Source: a virus (taxonomy: Duplodnaviria > Caudoviricetes). From it: a stretch of 47,390 nt of DNA. The translations under genes and the position numbers were made by a program. The notes beneath the pieces were generated by a model. The model worked only from the letters and a program-made list of their open reading frames with translations. It was not told where the DNA came from and did not search any database. This document shows positions 27,974 through 36,911 of this stretch, piece by piece. The number at the start of each line of letters is the position of its first letter. Within the stretch, counting starts at the first letter, position 1. The stretch covers positions 1 through 47,390 of the IMG/VR virus record IMGVR_UViG_3300033406_000194; one strand, given 5' to 3'.

Positions 27974-28347
27974 ATTGCGCCTCCTTCCGGCTTGCGGCGG
28001 TAGAACGTCCAGTTTGGCCGATCCTTCGCCATGAATGTTCCGCACGAGGGCGGTGTAATTTCGCCTTTATAACACAGGCACCAAAAGCCCTTGTCCGGCC
28101 CGGAATCCAGAGGTACCCACACGGGGTCAATTCGCTGCTCCAGCTCCTCCAGCGTGAGCGGAGCGTTGTCGGGCTGGGCACGGCGGTTCCATGCGGTGAC
28201 AGCGTCATCCTTATCGGTCCAAATGTATGTATCCGTTGATATCCCGCACTCTTTGCAGTAAATAAATATCTTGGATGCATGGTCGTCATTGATTTCAAGT
28301 GCCGCCTTCCCTCCGCAAAACGGACACTCCTTCAACGGTTCACTCAT
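27970..28347 (-). CDS. Lar-family (restriction alleviation-like) Zn-ribbon protein
   Basis: LKECPFCGGKA...CKECG...AWNRR motif. Confidence 0.8.
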   Translation of the reverse strand: MSEPLKECPFCGGKAALEINDDHASKIFIYCKECGISTDTYIWTDKDDAVTAWNRRAQPDNAPLTLEELEQRIDPVWVPLDSGPDKGFWCLCYKGEITPPSCGTFMAKDRPNWTFYRRKPEGGAI

Positions 28348-28558
28348 TTTCGTTCCTCCTGCACTCCACGCAAATATACCCGTCACCGCACTTATAGAGT
28401 GTCTTTCCGCTTGCACCGCAGATATGGCACCTGACGGCGCTACCCCTCTCGCAGTAATGTTTCTGCACTGATGCCCCCTCATAAGGGAGTGTGATGTTCG
28501 CATAATAATTCCCGCCGCCTATAACCGCAGGGATTAACAGCGCATCAGATTTGCTCAT
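28340..28558 (-). CDS. Small Zn-finger protein
   Basis: CHICG...CVEC; tiles the operon. Confidence 0.6.
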   Translation of the reverse strand: MSKSDALLIPAVIGGGNYYANITLPYEGASVQKHYCERGSAVRCHICGASGKTLYKCGDGYICVECRRNENE

Positions 28559-28703
28559 TTTCGTTGGCCTCCTCCTTTTGCATTTCCTCCTTTAGATCAT
28601 TTTTTAGATCTCGAAGAAACTTTTTTAGCTGCTTATCCGTTTCTGCAAGAGAGCACTTTTCAGAATACGTCTTCAGGATTCCGGCAATATTTAATTTATT
28701 CAT
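28545..28703 (-). CDS. Hypothetical protein (52 aa)
   Basis: MNKLNIAGILKTY...; overlaps both neighbours. Confidence 0.5.
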   Translation of the reverse strand: MNKLNIAGILKTYSEKCSLAETDKQLKKFLRDLKNDLKEEMQKEEANENEQI

Positions 28704-28887
28704 CCTGCTCACCATCCCCAACCTGATTAATGGCCTGTGTATATTTTTTTGTCGCAGCAGAAAGTGCTGTTAAAATATCGTCCCCATAGCAGTCTGAAAT
28801 CTTATACCCGCTACCTCTATCTTTTGCCGCTCTGATGCTCGCATATGCATTAACCAGATTTAGGATATCCTGCGAGGTTATATTCAT
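28696..28887 (-). CDS. Hypothetical protein
   Basis: ATGA coupling; AGGTG RBS. Confidence 0.6.
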   Translation of the reverse strand: MNITSQDILNLVNAYASIRAAKDRGSGYKISDCYGDDILTALSAATKKYTQAINQVGDGEQDE

Positions 28888-29102
28888 GTTGGCTCACCTT
28901 CCCCGGCCTCCTGCTTGCTTTCGTCGTATCCTTTTTCCTTTAGGCGCAACAAACCGAGAAGCAAAACATGATCACAGCTTCCGCATCCCATTTCATCGCA
29001 GTTGTGTTTTTCGTCATCCTCATTCGGTGTCCCGGTAATCACAACCTCATTCCCGTTGATAAAAACACCTGTTACGTTTTTAATTTCGCTGAATCCCATC
29101 AT
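28884..29102 (-). CDS. Hypothetical protein
   Basis: AAGGAG RBS; HNCDEMGCGSCDH motif. Confidence 0.6.
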   Translation of the reverse strand: MMGFSEIKNVTGVFINGNEVVITGTPNEDDEKHNCDEMGCGSCDHVLLLGLLRLKEKGYDESKQEAGEGEPT

Positions 29103-29664
29103 CTGCTCCTTCCTCGGCCTCCTGTGGGCCGCGCCATTCCCAATGCTCACACTTTGGTCGCCCAGTACTTGCCAAGGCACGCATGTGATCGCATGTCTGC
29201 AATGTCCTTAGTCCCATTTCCCACGGTTTGGCGTGTTTGCACGCCCAGCAGTTACCGTGCAGTTGGTTAATTGCTACATCACGCTCCACCACCGCCGCCC
29301 TCTCACGCTGCTGGGAGGCGGTGAGTCGGGCTTGCAGTTGGATGACGTTATCTCGTAAGCCTTTTTCCGTATCGCGCCACTCGCGCCGCATCTGGAATAT
29401 CTCCTCTGACGTCAAATCCGTTTCCTTATAGGCGGTAAGTTGGGCACGGAGGTCAGCGTTCTCCGCTTTCAAAGTGGCATTGCCGTCGATTTCCGCGTAC
29501 AGCTCTACCATTTTGTTATGGTACTCATGGGCCGCAGACTGGCTGCTGTGCTCAAAGGTGTACTCACAGCCGCATTGGCAGGACACTTTATAAATGCGGT
29601 TTTCCTCATATGTAAGCGTGGCGCTATCGCCGTGGCACTTAAAGCACCTTAAATTCTTGATCAC
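29080..29664 (-). CDS. Hypothetical Cys-motif/coiled-coil phage protein
   Basis: GAGGAGG RBS with GTG start; CxxC pairs; WEWRGP C-terminus. Confidence 0.65.
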   Translation of the reverse strand: MIKNLRCFKCHGDSATLTYEENRIYKVSCQCGCEYTFEHSSQSAAHEYHNKMVELYAEIDGNATLKAENADLRAQLTAYKETDLTSEEIFQMRREWRDTEKGLRDNVIQLQARLTASQQRERAAVVERDVAINQLHGNCWACKHAKPWEMGLRTLQTCDHMRALASTGRPKCEHWEWRGPQEAEEGADDGIQRN

Positions 29665-29665
29665 G

Positions 29666-30178
29666 TTAATTTGCCTCCTCGTCCTGTTGTGGGGCAATCA
29701 TAATCCGCTGCCCACATTTATGGCAGTAATCACCGTTCAGTTCCTGATATTCCGCGTCACCCACAGCAGCACCGCATATAGGGCAAAGCAGATAAGCATC
29801 AATGTCATACTCCCCGGAAACGTTCATCCCGTGATTTACAACTTCCTCGGTGCAGACAGACGGGGCGTCCCGGCGTCTGGATTCGGTGATCTGCTGTTCC
29901 AGCTCAGCTTTTTCCATGATGAGCCTGACAATCTTATCTTTATCAAACGGGTTATGGCTGTTGGTGATAATGTGCTCCTGTATCATGGCATTTGCTTTTG
30001 CGGCTTCAAACTGGGCGGTGAGGGACTCTATCAGGTCGGCGGCATCAAACTCCAATTTTTCGGTGTTGCAGTGGTCAAATCGCCCATTATACATAACCTG
30101 ATATGCGCACGTCCTGCACCCGTCGTTCTCATTCTTGGTGCACCGCAGTTCCCTCACAATCTCCTTTGGGTCGGTCAT
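29666..30178 (-). CDS. Hypothetical phage protein
   Basis: LRC...C..CAY...AADLIESL; C-terminal CPICG/CHKCGQ ribbon. Confidence 0.7.
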   Translation of the reverse strand: MTDPKEIVRELRCTKNENDGCRTCAYQVMYNGRFDHCNTEKLEFDAADLIESLTAQFEAAKANAMIQEHIITNSHNPFDKDKIVRLIMEKAELEQQITESRRRDAPSVCTEEVVNHGMNVSGEYDIDAYLLCPICGAAVGDAEYQELNGDYCHKCGQRIMIAPQQDEEAN

Positions 30179-30180
30179 AT

Positions 30181-31728
30181 TTATTCACTCCTTTCAAACC
30201 GGTATTTAGTAACCGCGATCGGGAACTCCTCGATCTCGCTCGACCACAGGCATGTTCCACGCCCGTTTAGCTGCTCCCAGATCAGCGGAAACCCGCCGAT
30301 GCCATCAAACAAGCTTGCCATGGTCGCATCCCTCTCATAATGGGAACACAGGCGTTTCAGCACCCATTTCCACGGCGGCAGGGCGATTGAATTCCCCAGC
30401 GCCTTATACCGTGCGCTATCAGAGACAGTCTTTTTCTTGCCGTTTCCGTCTATGTAGTCCGGTATCAGTGTCCACCCATCTGGATATCCCTGTAGGCGCT
30501 CACATTCCAGCGGGGTAAGGCGGCGGACGGCGGTTCCCACAATCAAATCTCCGGTTGTGATGTCATCGCTTTTGAGTAGTGATTTGCAGACATCCGTTTG
30601 GACATATTCCCCAAACGCCTTATAGCCCGCAGCCATGATCGGATTGATACAATTTAGACTTTGCCCGCCGTTGGTTTTTGCTTGCAATGTTCCGCTGACG
30701 CTCCCAACCGCATCATTCCGGCAGTCAATCGCCTGCACGATGCACAAATCCGTCTCGTTTGCTTGCCCCGCCGGTCGATTCGTGCCTGCACCGCTTGCGC
30801 AAATCGTCCCCGCGATAACGGGGTGGACGCATACCGCGTTGCGGTCGCCTGCGGTAATCGTTGGCGACGGGTCACCATCTGCTCCAATCCCAAGCCCGTT
30901 GCCAGAGCCATCCCCGTTGCGCGTATCTCCGCCGCCCTGATACCGCGTTGCTTTGTCGTTGATCGGCAGGCAAATCACATGCGAATCCTGTTCCGCTTTC
31001 AGCGTTGGGGCACATTCATTCTGGTACGCCACGCCGCCGGATTTTGCTCCCGCTTTTCCGCTGAAGCCAGCGCAAACAATCTGCGGCCCCCTGTCAATGC
31101 ACGGGCTGCCATCATTCCGGGCGGTCAGGCTACGCGCGATTGCCGGATAAGTGCCTCCTTGAGCATCGGTGGCAGCTCCTTCCCCCGGCGCTCCGCTCTC
31201 CTCAATATCCCCTGGCAGGCCGTTGCGCTCAAATAATATTTCTGGGGCGGTGTATCCTCCAAAATCTGCGATAAGCGCGATTCTACGACGGCGCTGGGGG
31301 ACTCCCCAAAACTGTGCATCGAGTACGCGCCAAGCAATGCTCCACCCGTCTCCCATGATGCAGCCTGAGTTTGCCCATTTCCCTTTCTCAGGTCCAGGTA
31401 TAGCGGCGCTTTCGTCCGCGATCCTTGCCGTTTCTTCGAGGACGGCGCGGAAATCCTCTCCGTTTTGGCTGCTGAACGCTCCTGGGACGTTTTCCCAGAC
31501 CATATACCGAGGTCTGAGAAATCGACCTGCTCTGCCGGAAATTCTGTCATGATCTCTCATCTCCTTTATGATCCTGATTTGCTCCATAAATAAACCCGAC
31601 CGCTGACCGGATAACCCGGCACGTTTGCCCGCAACGCTCAGGTCCTGGCATGGACTGCCCCCGATGATTACATCAACCACAGGCGCGTCATATCCGTTAA
31701 TTTTTGTGATATCTCCAAGGTGTTTCAT
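30181..31728 (-). CDS. DNA (cytosine-5) methyltransferase, circularly permuted
   Basis: GDI (III), GGSPCQ (IV), WENVPG (VI), PQRRRR (VIII), RRLTPLECERLQGYP (IX), LGNS (X), then SLFDGIGGF (I) and SEIEE (II) at the C-terminus. Confidence 0.92.
   Translation of the reverse strand: MKHLGDITKINGYDAPVVDVIIGGSPCQDLSVAGKRAGLSGQRSGLFMEQIRIIKEMRDHDRISGRAGRFLRPRYMVWENVPGAFSSQNGEDFRAVLEETARIADESAAIPGPEKGKWANSGCIMGDGWSIAWRVLDAQFWGVPQRRRRIALIADFGGYTAPEILFERNGLPGDIEESGAPGEGAATDAQGGTYPAIARSLTARNDGSPCIDRGPQIVCAGFSGKAGAKSGGVAYQNECAPTLKAEQDSHVICLPINDKATRYQGGGDTRNGDGSGNGLGIGADGDPSPTITAGDRNAVCVHPVIAGTICASGAGTNRPAGQANETDLCIVQAIDCRNDAVGSVSGTLQAKTNGGQSLNCINPIMAAGYKAFGEYVQTDVCKSLLKSDDITTGDLIVGTAVRRLTPLECERLQGYPDGWTLIPDYIDGNGKKKTVSDSARYKALGNSIALPPWKWVLKRLCSHYERDATMASLFDGIGGFPLIWEQLNGRGTCLWSSEIEEFPIAVTKYRFERSE
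31125..31550 (-). CDS. Nested out-of-frame methyltransferase beta-like polypeptide
   Basis: AAGGAG upstream; ESPS...LSQILE...KYYLS..AC.GILRRAERRGKELP..L..AL resembles the overlapping beta subunit of M.EcoHK31I. Confidence 0.7.
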   Translation of the reverse strand: MTEFPAEQVDFSDLGIWSGKTSQERSAAKTERISAPSSKKRQGSRTKAPLYLDLRKGNGQTQAASWETGGALLGAYSMHSFGESPSAVVESRLSQILEDTPPQKYYLSATACQGILRRAERRGKELPPMLKEALIRQSRVA

Positions 31729-31767
31729 CAATTTCCCTCCTGATCAGGGAGGCCGCGCGGCTCCGTG

Positions 31768-32085
31768 TTAATTTTTCCGTTTTCGCCCCTGCGGGCAATT
31801 TGGTGGCAATTCATTTTCCGTCCTATGCCGATATACAGTCTGTAGGGTAACGCCCATCAGTACCCCAATTTTGCGGTCGCTCATACCTGCCTCATAAAGT
31901 TTATTAAACATGCTTGCATCCAACCGTGGCAGCGGGTCTGCCATATAGCCCCTGCTGCTGCATATATCGCATTGCCTGGCTGTTTTTTCGCACGATAGGC
32001 ACATTGCGATTTGCTCCGGGGTGTCGTGGTATGGGATGTAGTCGTCTAGCTGTCTGGATGTTTTATCCTTGCTCCACCCCTGCAT
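31768..32085 (-). CDS. Hypothetical Cys-motif plus HTH protein
   Basis: GGAGG RBS; CLSC...CDIC; LYEAGMSDRKIGVLMGVT...R....LP HTH. Confidence 0.65.
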   Translation of the reverse strand: MQGWSKDKTSRQLDDYIPYHDTPEQIAMCLSCEKTARQCDICSSRGYMADPLPRLDASMFNKLYEAGMSDRKIGVLMGVTLQTVYRHRTENELPPNCPQGRKRKN

Positions 32086-32452
32086 TTGATGCCTCCGCAA
32101 TCTCAACCTCCACCCTTGGATTTTGCTTGTCGTACAAAACGCGGCTCCCGTCATGGCTGACCACGATATTGCTGTTGTCGTCCCTGATTACGCCGTAGTG
32201 CGTCAGGATATCGCAGGTGGCCCCAAGCAGATTCAACAGGTCAACTTTCCCGTGTGTGTCCATGTAGTACGTGCATTTTACATTCATGGGCTTGTCCATC
32301 AGCTGCCATTTAAACGGTATGTAAATCCCGGCCATGTCCTGATATTCCTCAAAGGCTTTCGATGGGATCGGGATCACTTTACTGCCACGTCTTACGATTC
32401 GCATACTGTTTTTCTTAGTTCGCGGTGCGCCTGGTATGGTAAATTTAATCAT
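32063..32452 (-). CDS. rusA: RusA-family Holliday junction resolvase
   Basis: PRTKKNS, DLLNL....D.L...GVIRDD, DKQNPRVEVEI motifs. Confidence 0.85.
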   Translation of the reverse strand: MIKFTIPGAPRTKKNSMRIVRRGSKVIPIPSKAFEEYQDMAGIYIPFKWQLMDKPMNVKCTYYMDTHGKVDLLNLLGATCDILTHYGVIRDDNSNIVVSHDGSRVLYDKQNPRVEVEIAEASNAGVEQG

Positions 32453-33228
32453 TTCAGCCTCCAATTCTTGTCGTCCCCCGCAAGGTTGACACAGTAATCA
32501 CGGCTCCGCTCATAGATTCGGCTACCTATTGCCTCGTCAATTGCAATCAGCGTGTCAACCGTCTTTTCCGAGCTTATGACGGTAATAAGGCCACGATTGA
32601 TATACCGGTGATTTAGGATTTCAAATGCAAGGTTGATATCACCCTGCGTCACATCCTTAGTCTTAAAAAAGTCGTCTATGTACAGCACCTTCACGCGCTT
32701 AAGCGGTTCAACCAGCCTCCCGTATTCCTCGGCATCGTTCACAACGGCCTTAATCTGCGTTGCGTCATCCCGCCATTTCATATACCGCACTTCCAACCCG
32801 TCATGCAGCATGGCTCCGCATATCGCCGTGCATAAGTGACTTTTCCCCGATCCAACAGCGCCAAGGGCACAAAACCATTTGCCGTCATGGTCGTCCAAAA
32901 AGTTCATTGCCGCCTGTTTTGCGTTTTTTTGCCATTGTTCCGGCGTTTGGTACGTGTAGAATGTGCATCTGGATAGCATGTCCTCTAATCCACTGTCTCT
33001 GATGCGCCATATCGAGCGTCTGCGCCCCATACAGGCACACTCCCTATTCAGGATATTCACGCCGCTTAAAACCGCCGTATATCCTTTATTTAGGCATACA
33101 GGGCAATCGAGACCAGAGAGGTTTCCATGTTCTGCATTTATCCGGTCCGCCCGGCGCTGTTCATATGCTATGAGTTCGTCAGAGGTAAATGACTCCTGGG
33201 AGCTTCCGATCTGGCTTACTATCCCCAC
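32449..33228 (-). CDS. DnaC/IstB-like helicase loader ATPase
   Basis: CPVC...CAC Zn motif, GAVGSGKSH Walker A, LYIDDFFK Walker B, SRIYE. Confidence 0.9.
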   Translation of the reverse strand: MGIVSQIGSSQESFTSDELIAYEQRRADRINAEHGNLSGLDCPVCLNKGYTAVLSGVNILNRECACMGRRRSIWRIRDSGLEDMLSRCTFYTYQTPEQWQKNAKQAAMNFLDDHDGKWFCALGAVGSGKSHLCTAICGAMLHDGLEVRYMKWRDDATQIKAVVNDAEEYGRLVEPLKRVKVLYIDDFFKTKDVTQGDINLAFEILNHRYINRGLITVISSEKTVDTLIAIDEAIGSRIYERSRDYCVNLAGDDKNWRLK

Positions 33229-33925
33229 CAGTTTCTTTCTTGTTTCCTGCGATTCCGTCCTGACCGCCTCCTTTGTCTTTTAATGCAAATACGCCCTTCC
33301 AGTTGTTCATTGTGCTTTGGTTTAATATGGCTATCCACTCGTCACGCCCGTTGCCAAGCGTTTTGAGTTTTAAAACAAGAAGTTCCTTCGCTCTATCGGT
33401 CAGTGCGCTTTTGGTTTTAATGCGCATTTCAGAAAAGTCATTCAGTGCATTTAGCAACTCTTCGTCGCCATTTGAGAAGGAAAAGAAGGCGGAATCGCTT
33501 ATATATTCTTTTTCTTCTTGCTTTCTTGCTTTCTTATTCTTCTTTAATAGCTGTTGGTCGTCTGTTGGTCGTCTGTTGATGGTCTGTTGGTCGTCTGTTG
33601 ATTTGTCTGTTAGCATCTGATAAGATTCATAGTTTTTTATAGTGATGGTGCGGTATTCGGAGGTTGAAACGTCTGTTATTTCTCCTGTTGATTTTAAGTG
33701 ATTTAGTGCAGTGCGTACCGACTGCACTGACAACCCTGTTTCTTTCGAAAGCACCGGAAGGGAACACACTCTTTGGCCTCTTTCGATTGTGATTCCCCTC
33801 CAGTTTCCAGGCTCCCAATTGACGGTAAGTAGCAAATGCAGAAATAGGGTTTTCGTGTTTATGTCCTGGTACCATTCCCAACTGAGTATTGAACGGTGCA
33901 CCTTGATGAACCCCTGATCTATCAC
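33179..33925 (-). CDS. Phage replication initiator
   Basis: GFIKVHRSILSWEWY...LFLHLLL winged-helix; iteron-encoding linker; C-terminal NNWKGVF. Confidence 0.88.
   Translation of the reverse strand: MIDQGFIKVHRSILSWEWYQDINTKTLFLHLLLTVNWEPGNWRGITIERGQRVCSLPVLSKETGLSVQSVRTALNHLKSTGEITDVSTSEYRTITIKNYESYQMLTDKSTDDQQTINRRPTDDQQLLKKNKKARKQEEKEYISDSAFFSFSNGDEELLNALNDFSEMRIKTKSALTDRAKELLVLKLKTLGNGRDEWIAILNQSTMNNWKGVFALKDKGGGQDGIAGNKKETGGDSKPDRKLPGVIYL
33551..33620. repeat. Iterons of the phage replication origin
   Basis: About six tandem 11-12 bp copies of CTGTTGGTCGT inside the initiator gene, next to an A/T-rich polypurine tract. Confidence 0.8.
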
Positions 33926-33937
33926 CTAAATCACCGC

Positions 33938-34357
33938 CTAAAAAGGTAACTCACCGTCATCCGGCAACTCCTCAAACTGCCCAGAAACACCGTAATTATC
34001 CGCCGCCTGTTGCAGCCCGTCCAACGGGTCCTGCTTCTTGCTGCCGCCGAAATAGACGTTATCGGCCACAACCTCCGCCGCAATACGTTTATTGCCGTCA
34101 CGGTCTGTATAACGGCGCATCTGCAAACGTCCCTCCACCACGGCAAGACTTCCCTTGGTAAAGTAACGGGACACGAATTCACCTGTACCGCGCCACGCAA
34201 CGCAGTTGATGAAGTCGGTTTCTTTTTCGCCGCTCTCCTTGTTTTTGAAGTCGCGATCAACAGCTACCGTGAAACTGGAGACGGATACGCCGGAAGGGGT
34301 TTGACGTAACTCAGGATCTGCGGTAAAACGCCCCTGTAAAATGATTCGATTAAGCAT
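33938..34357 (-). CDS. ssb: Single-stranded DNA-binding protein
   Basis: MLNRIILQGR...DPELR, DFINCVAW, VEGRLQ, acidic tail ending DGELPF. Confidence 0.95.
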   Translation of the reverse strand: MLNRIILQGRFTADPELRQTPSGVSVSSFTVAVDRDFKNKESGEKETDFINCVAWRGTGEFVSRYFTKGSLAVVEGRLQMRRYTDRDGNKRIAAEVVADNVYFGGSKKQDPLDGLQQAADNYGVSGQFEELPDDGELPF

Positions 34358-34368
34358 AAAATTAGCTC

Positions 34369-34644
34369 CTATAAATAATTTTTTCCGATGATCCGCATGA
34401 ACTCTTCGTGGCTGTGAGTGTGTTCAAATTCTTCCTGCGCCTTTTGCTTTAAACGCAGGTCAAGAACACGGCTAAAATGTACCCCATAGTCGGCCATGTT
34501 GTGCCAGTCTGCGCGGAGCCACACCCACAAGCCGTATCTCTCGGACGCGCTGCGTCTGGGGCCAAAGAAAATATGATGCTTGTGCAACTCTGTGGTTGCC
34601 CCGGTTATGTAACACTCCTTAGAGCTTTGTAAAATGCTATCCAT
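34369..34644 (-). CDS. HNH-like small nuclease protein
   Basis: CYITG...HHIFFG...WLRADWH...IGKNYL. Confidence 0.7.
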   Translation of the reverse strand: MDSILQSSKECYITGATTELHKHHIFFGPRRSASERYGLWVWLRADWHNMADYGVHFSRVLDLRLKQKAQEEFEHTHSHEEFMRIIGKNYL

Positions 34645-35170
34645 TGGCCCATCCTTCCTTCATGGCGGCGATTTTATCGGGTGTGAGTGTCTCAATACCC
34701 ACCGCACTGCAATCGTCTATAATGCGGTCTATGAGCTGCGACATCTGATGCGTGTCATACTGAGAGGAGCCGTAAAAGCAGCGGAAATTTGTACACCCGT
34801 AAAGTTTGCTTTCAAACGCTTCCGCCATCCACCCGAGGCCGTTTGATTCCCATTTTGATTTAAAACTATCAGCGGCATTGGATACCACTGCGACAACGTC
34901 ATAATTGCCGCCCATACACCTGATATTTTGCCTGTATATTTTCTCCGGCGGTACGTTGTAGTGCTCCCCAAGCTTGCCGAGCAGTAGCCAGCAATAGGCA
35001 TTTGCATCAAGGCTCCGTTTTTCTCGGTGCTCTTTTAGGTCAGCATCATAAAGCCGGTCTTTTTTATTCCCGACAAACTGGAGGGCTTGGCGGGGGTAGG
35101 ACGGGCGTAGGCACAGCCATAGCCCGTCACAATCCTCGATCCATCTGGCTTTATCAAAGGTCAGTTTCAC
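34637..35170 (-). CDS. NinB-like recombination accessory protein
   Basis: KRSLDANAYCW, GSSQYDTHQMSQLID...GIETL motifs. Confidence 0.75.
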   Translation of the reverse strand: MKLTFDKARWIEDCDGLWLCLRPSYPRQALQFVGNKKDRLYDADLKEHREKRSLDANAYCWLLLGKLGEHYNVPPEKIYRQNIRCMGGNYDVVAVVSNAADSFKSKWESNGLGWMAEAFESKLYGCTNFRCFYGSSQYDTHQMSQLIDRIIDDCSAVGIETLTPDKIAAMKEGWANG

Positions 35171-35708
35171 GGGGCCACCGTCCTTTCCGCAGGCACCATG
35201 CGAGGTGCTTCAGGCGCGGGAGATACTTTTCTTTGATCCAAACGGGATCATAATCAATTGGATGATAGGTTACTCTCGTGTCATCAATCGGGTTAAACCA
35301 GTTGATATAGTCCTCTGGCAGGAGGCGATAAGCCACGATTCTGCACTGCTTTTTTGCTGCGAACATCTCCACTTGGCACTGTTGCCAATATGCCTTTGAT
35401 ACCTTAAATTTCTCGCCGCCGTGGGTCTTTACCTCGCTGACCATATCAGATGTTTCCCCGTCCAGGTTGACGCGCAGGCGCAAGAAATAACGCTTGATCT
35501 GCCTGTCTCTCCAATGAACGCAGATATGGTCTAAAATCTTGTGCTCATAGGCTGTCCCTGTCTGCATGGCTGTGTTGGTAAAATTGTTTTCCAGCAATCC
35601 AAGCTTGACCGCCCACCACTTCGCAAACGTCTTTGTTCGCCAACTGCCCATGATCATCGCGGTATCAGATGCGCCAAACCATTTGCTTCTGTCGTGGATT
35701 TTGATCAT
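35154..35708 (-). CDS. YqaJ/lambda-exonuclease-like protein
   Basis: GASD, GTAYE, NLDG...EVKT, YWQQCQVEM PD-(D/E)xK motifs; next to the annealing protein. Confidence 0.8.
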   Translation of the reverse strand: MIKIHDRSKWFGASDTAMIMGSWRTKTFAKWWAVKLGLLENNFTNTAMQTGTAYEHKILDHICVHWRDRQIKRYFLRLRVNLDGETSDMVSEVKTHGGEKFKVSKAYWQQCQVEMFAAKKQCRIVAYRLLPEDYINWFNPIDDTRVTYHPIDYDPVWIKEKYLPRLKHLAWCLRKGRWPRETDL

Positions 35709-36349
35709 AACGCCCTGATATGGCTTTCCAGCCAATTAATATTGTCAAAGGACTTCATGACGGCACTAAATTGTTTTTCGCTGATATTGAGGACGGACAG
35801 CATGTCCCGCATATCAACCCCATTGCTGAGTTTTGCTGTAACGAGCTGCTCCACACGCTGCTTAATGGCGAAGATGTTATGCCCGCTAAGATCATCTAGT
35901 GCAGTGTCGGTATCCTGGTCCTGCGCCCACAGGCTAAACCCAAGGCCGGTATGTATTGCAACACCTTTGACAAAAGCGCGAGCGTGGCAATTTGCAATGC
36001 GGAGCTGGTTGATTGTGTCCTCATATACAACTAGAGAGCCGTTCAGTAGCGGCATGTCCATCTGAAAAGATTTATCGTCAATACAGATTCCAACGGAGAC
36101 GAAATAGCACCCGGTTTTTCGCCCATCCTTGTTCTGCACATCGAGAGAGCGGAACACATAGCTTCCACCTGCATCTTTCAGCGGGGTATAATAGACGGAT
36201 TCCGCGCCGTTATCATGTAAAAGCTTTTTGCACATAGCCCAATTCAGGTACGGGACCTCAATTTGCCTCCCGTTGTCATCTTTTGCCTTGCGCTTATCGC
36301 AATGCGGCATAACATCAATTTTTACAAGCTCGTTATATGGTTTTAGCAT
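35705..36349 (-). CDS. Sak (DUF1071)-like single-strand annealing protein
   Basis: YLNWA, RAFVKGVA..TGLG.SLW motifs. Confidence 0.8.
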   Translation of the reverse strand: MLKPYNELVKIDVMPHCDKRKAKDDNGRQIEVPYLNWAMCKKLLHDNGAESVYYTPLKDAGGSYVFRSLDVQNKDGRKTGCYFVSVGICIDDKSFQMDMPLLNGSLVVYEDTINQLRIANCHARAFVKGVAIHTGLGFSLWAQDQDTDTALDDLSGHNIFAIKQRVEQLVTAKLSNGVDMRDMLSVLNISEKQFSAVMKSFDNINWLESHIRAL

Positions 36350-36358
36350 AAAAACACC

Positions 36359-36577
36359 TCAATTCAACCAGTTCTGATACTGGCTTCTGTAATGCTCAAC
36401 AAAACGGTCAATCACATCCTGATCGCCACCGAAGCGGCAGAACCGGACAAATTCATCCGCGTGATCCTCCACAAACTCCATCTTGGTTTGCGGTGTATCG
36501 GAGTTTTCTGGGCGGACGCAGGGCGGATACCCGTCGCGCTGGATAGCGGTAATGGTGGGATGCTCTACATCAAACAT
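36359..36577 (-). CDS. Hypothetical phage protein
   Basis: EHP.IT...RDGYP motif; tiles the operon. Confidence 0.65.
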   Translation of the reverse strand: MFDVEHPTITAIQRDGYPPCVRPENSDTPQTKMEFVEDHADEFVRFCRFGGDQDVIDRFVEHYRSQYQNWLN

Positions 36578-36911
36578 CGCCGTCCCTCTGTAGCCGCATA
36601 GCCAAAACTGCAATAAACTCTGAGTTTGTTGGCACCTTCATAGCCTGCGGAAAATATTGCAGCCAACGGTCTTTCTCGCAGTTCACAAATGCTCGTTCTA
36701 TTGCGTGACGCATCGCCTTTTCGACGCCGCTTGCCGTTGTTTTATTCTGCGCCGCAACGGACGGGTAAAGTTTCTTCGTCATGTTATCAATCATCGTTTC
36801 GTCCTCAACGACAAAAATAATTGCGTCGCGCAAGTAACGGAAGCCGAGGTTCCCGGCGTGTACCATAAGCGTAAGGAGCGCGTTTTCTGTTCTTATTTTT
36901 AAGTCCATCAT
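36570..36911 (-). CDS. Spo0A C-terminal DNA-binding domain homologue (no receiver domain)
   Basis: GFRYLRDAI, TKKLYPSVA, TTASGVEKAMRHAIE and PTNSEFIA are diagnostic of Spo0A_C. Confidence 0.9.
   Translation of the reverse strand: MMDLKIRTENALLTLMVHAGNLGFRYLRDAIIFVVEDETMIDNMTKKLYPSVAAQNKTTASGVEKAMRHAIERAFVNCEKDRWLQYFPQAMKVPTNSEFIAVLAMRLQRDGDV

Noticed and set aside
29594-31552. Plus-strand ORFs (248, 191, 127 aa) opposite the methyltransferase region
   Set aside because: Antisense, with no motifs; unlike the nested minus-strand ORF they resemble nothing known
33551-33620. Short repeats as a mini-CRISPR array
   Set aside because: Tandem 11-mers without spacers inside the initiator gene are typical iterons; no cas genes
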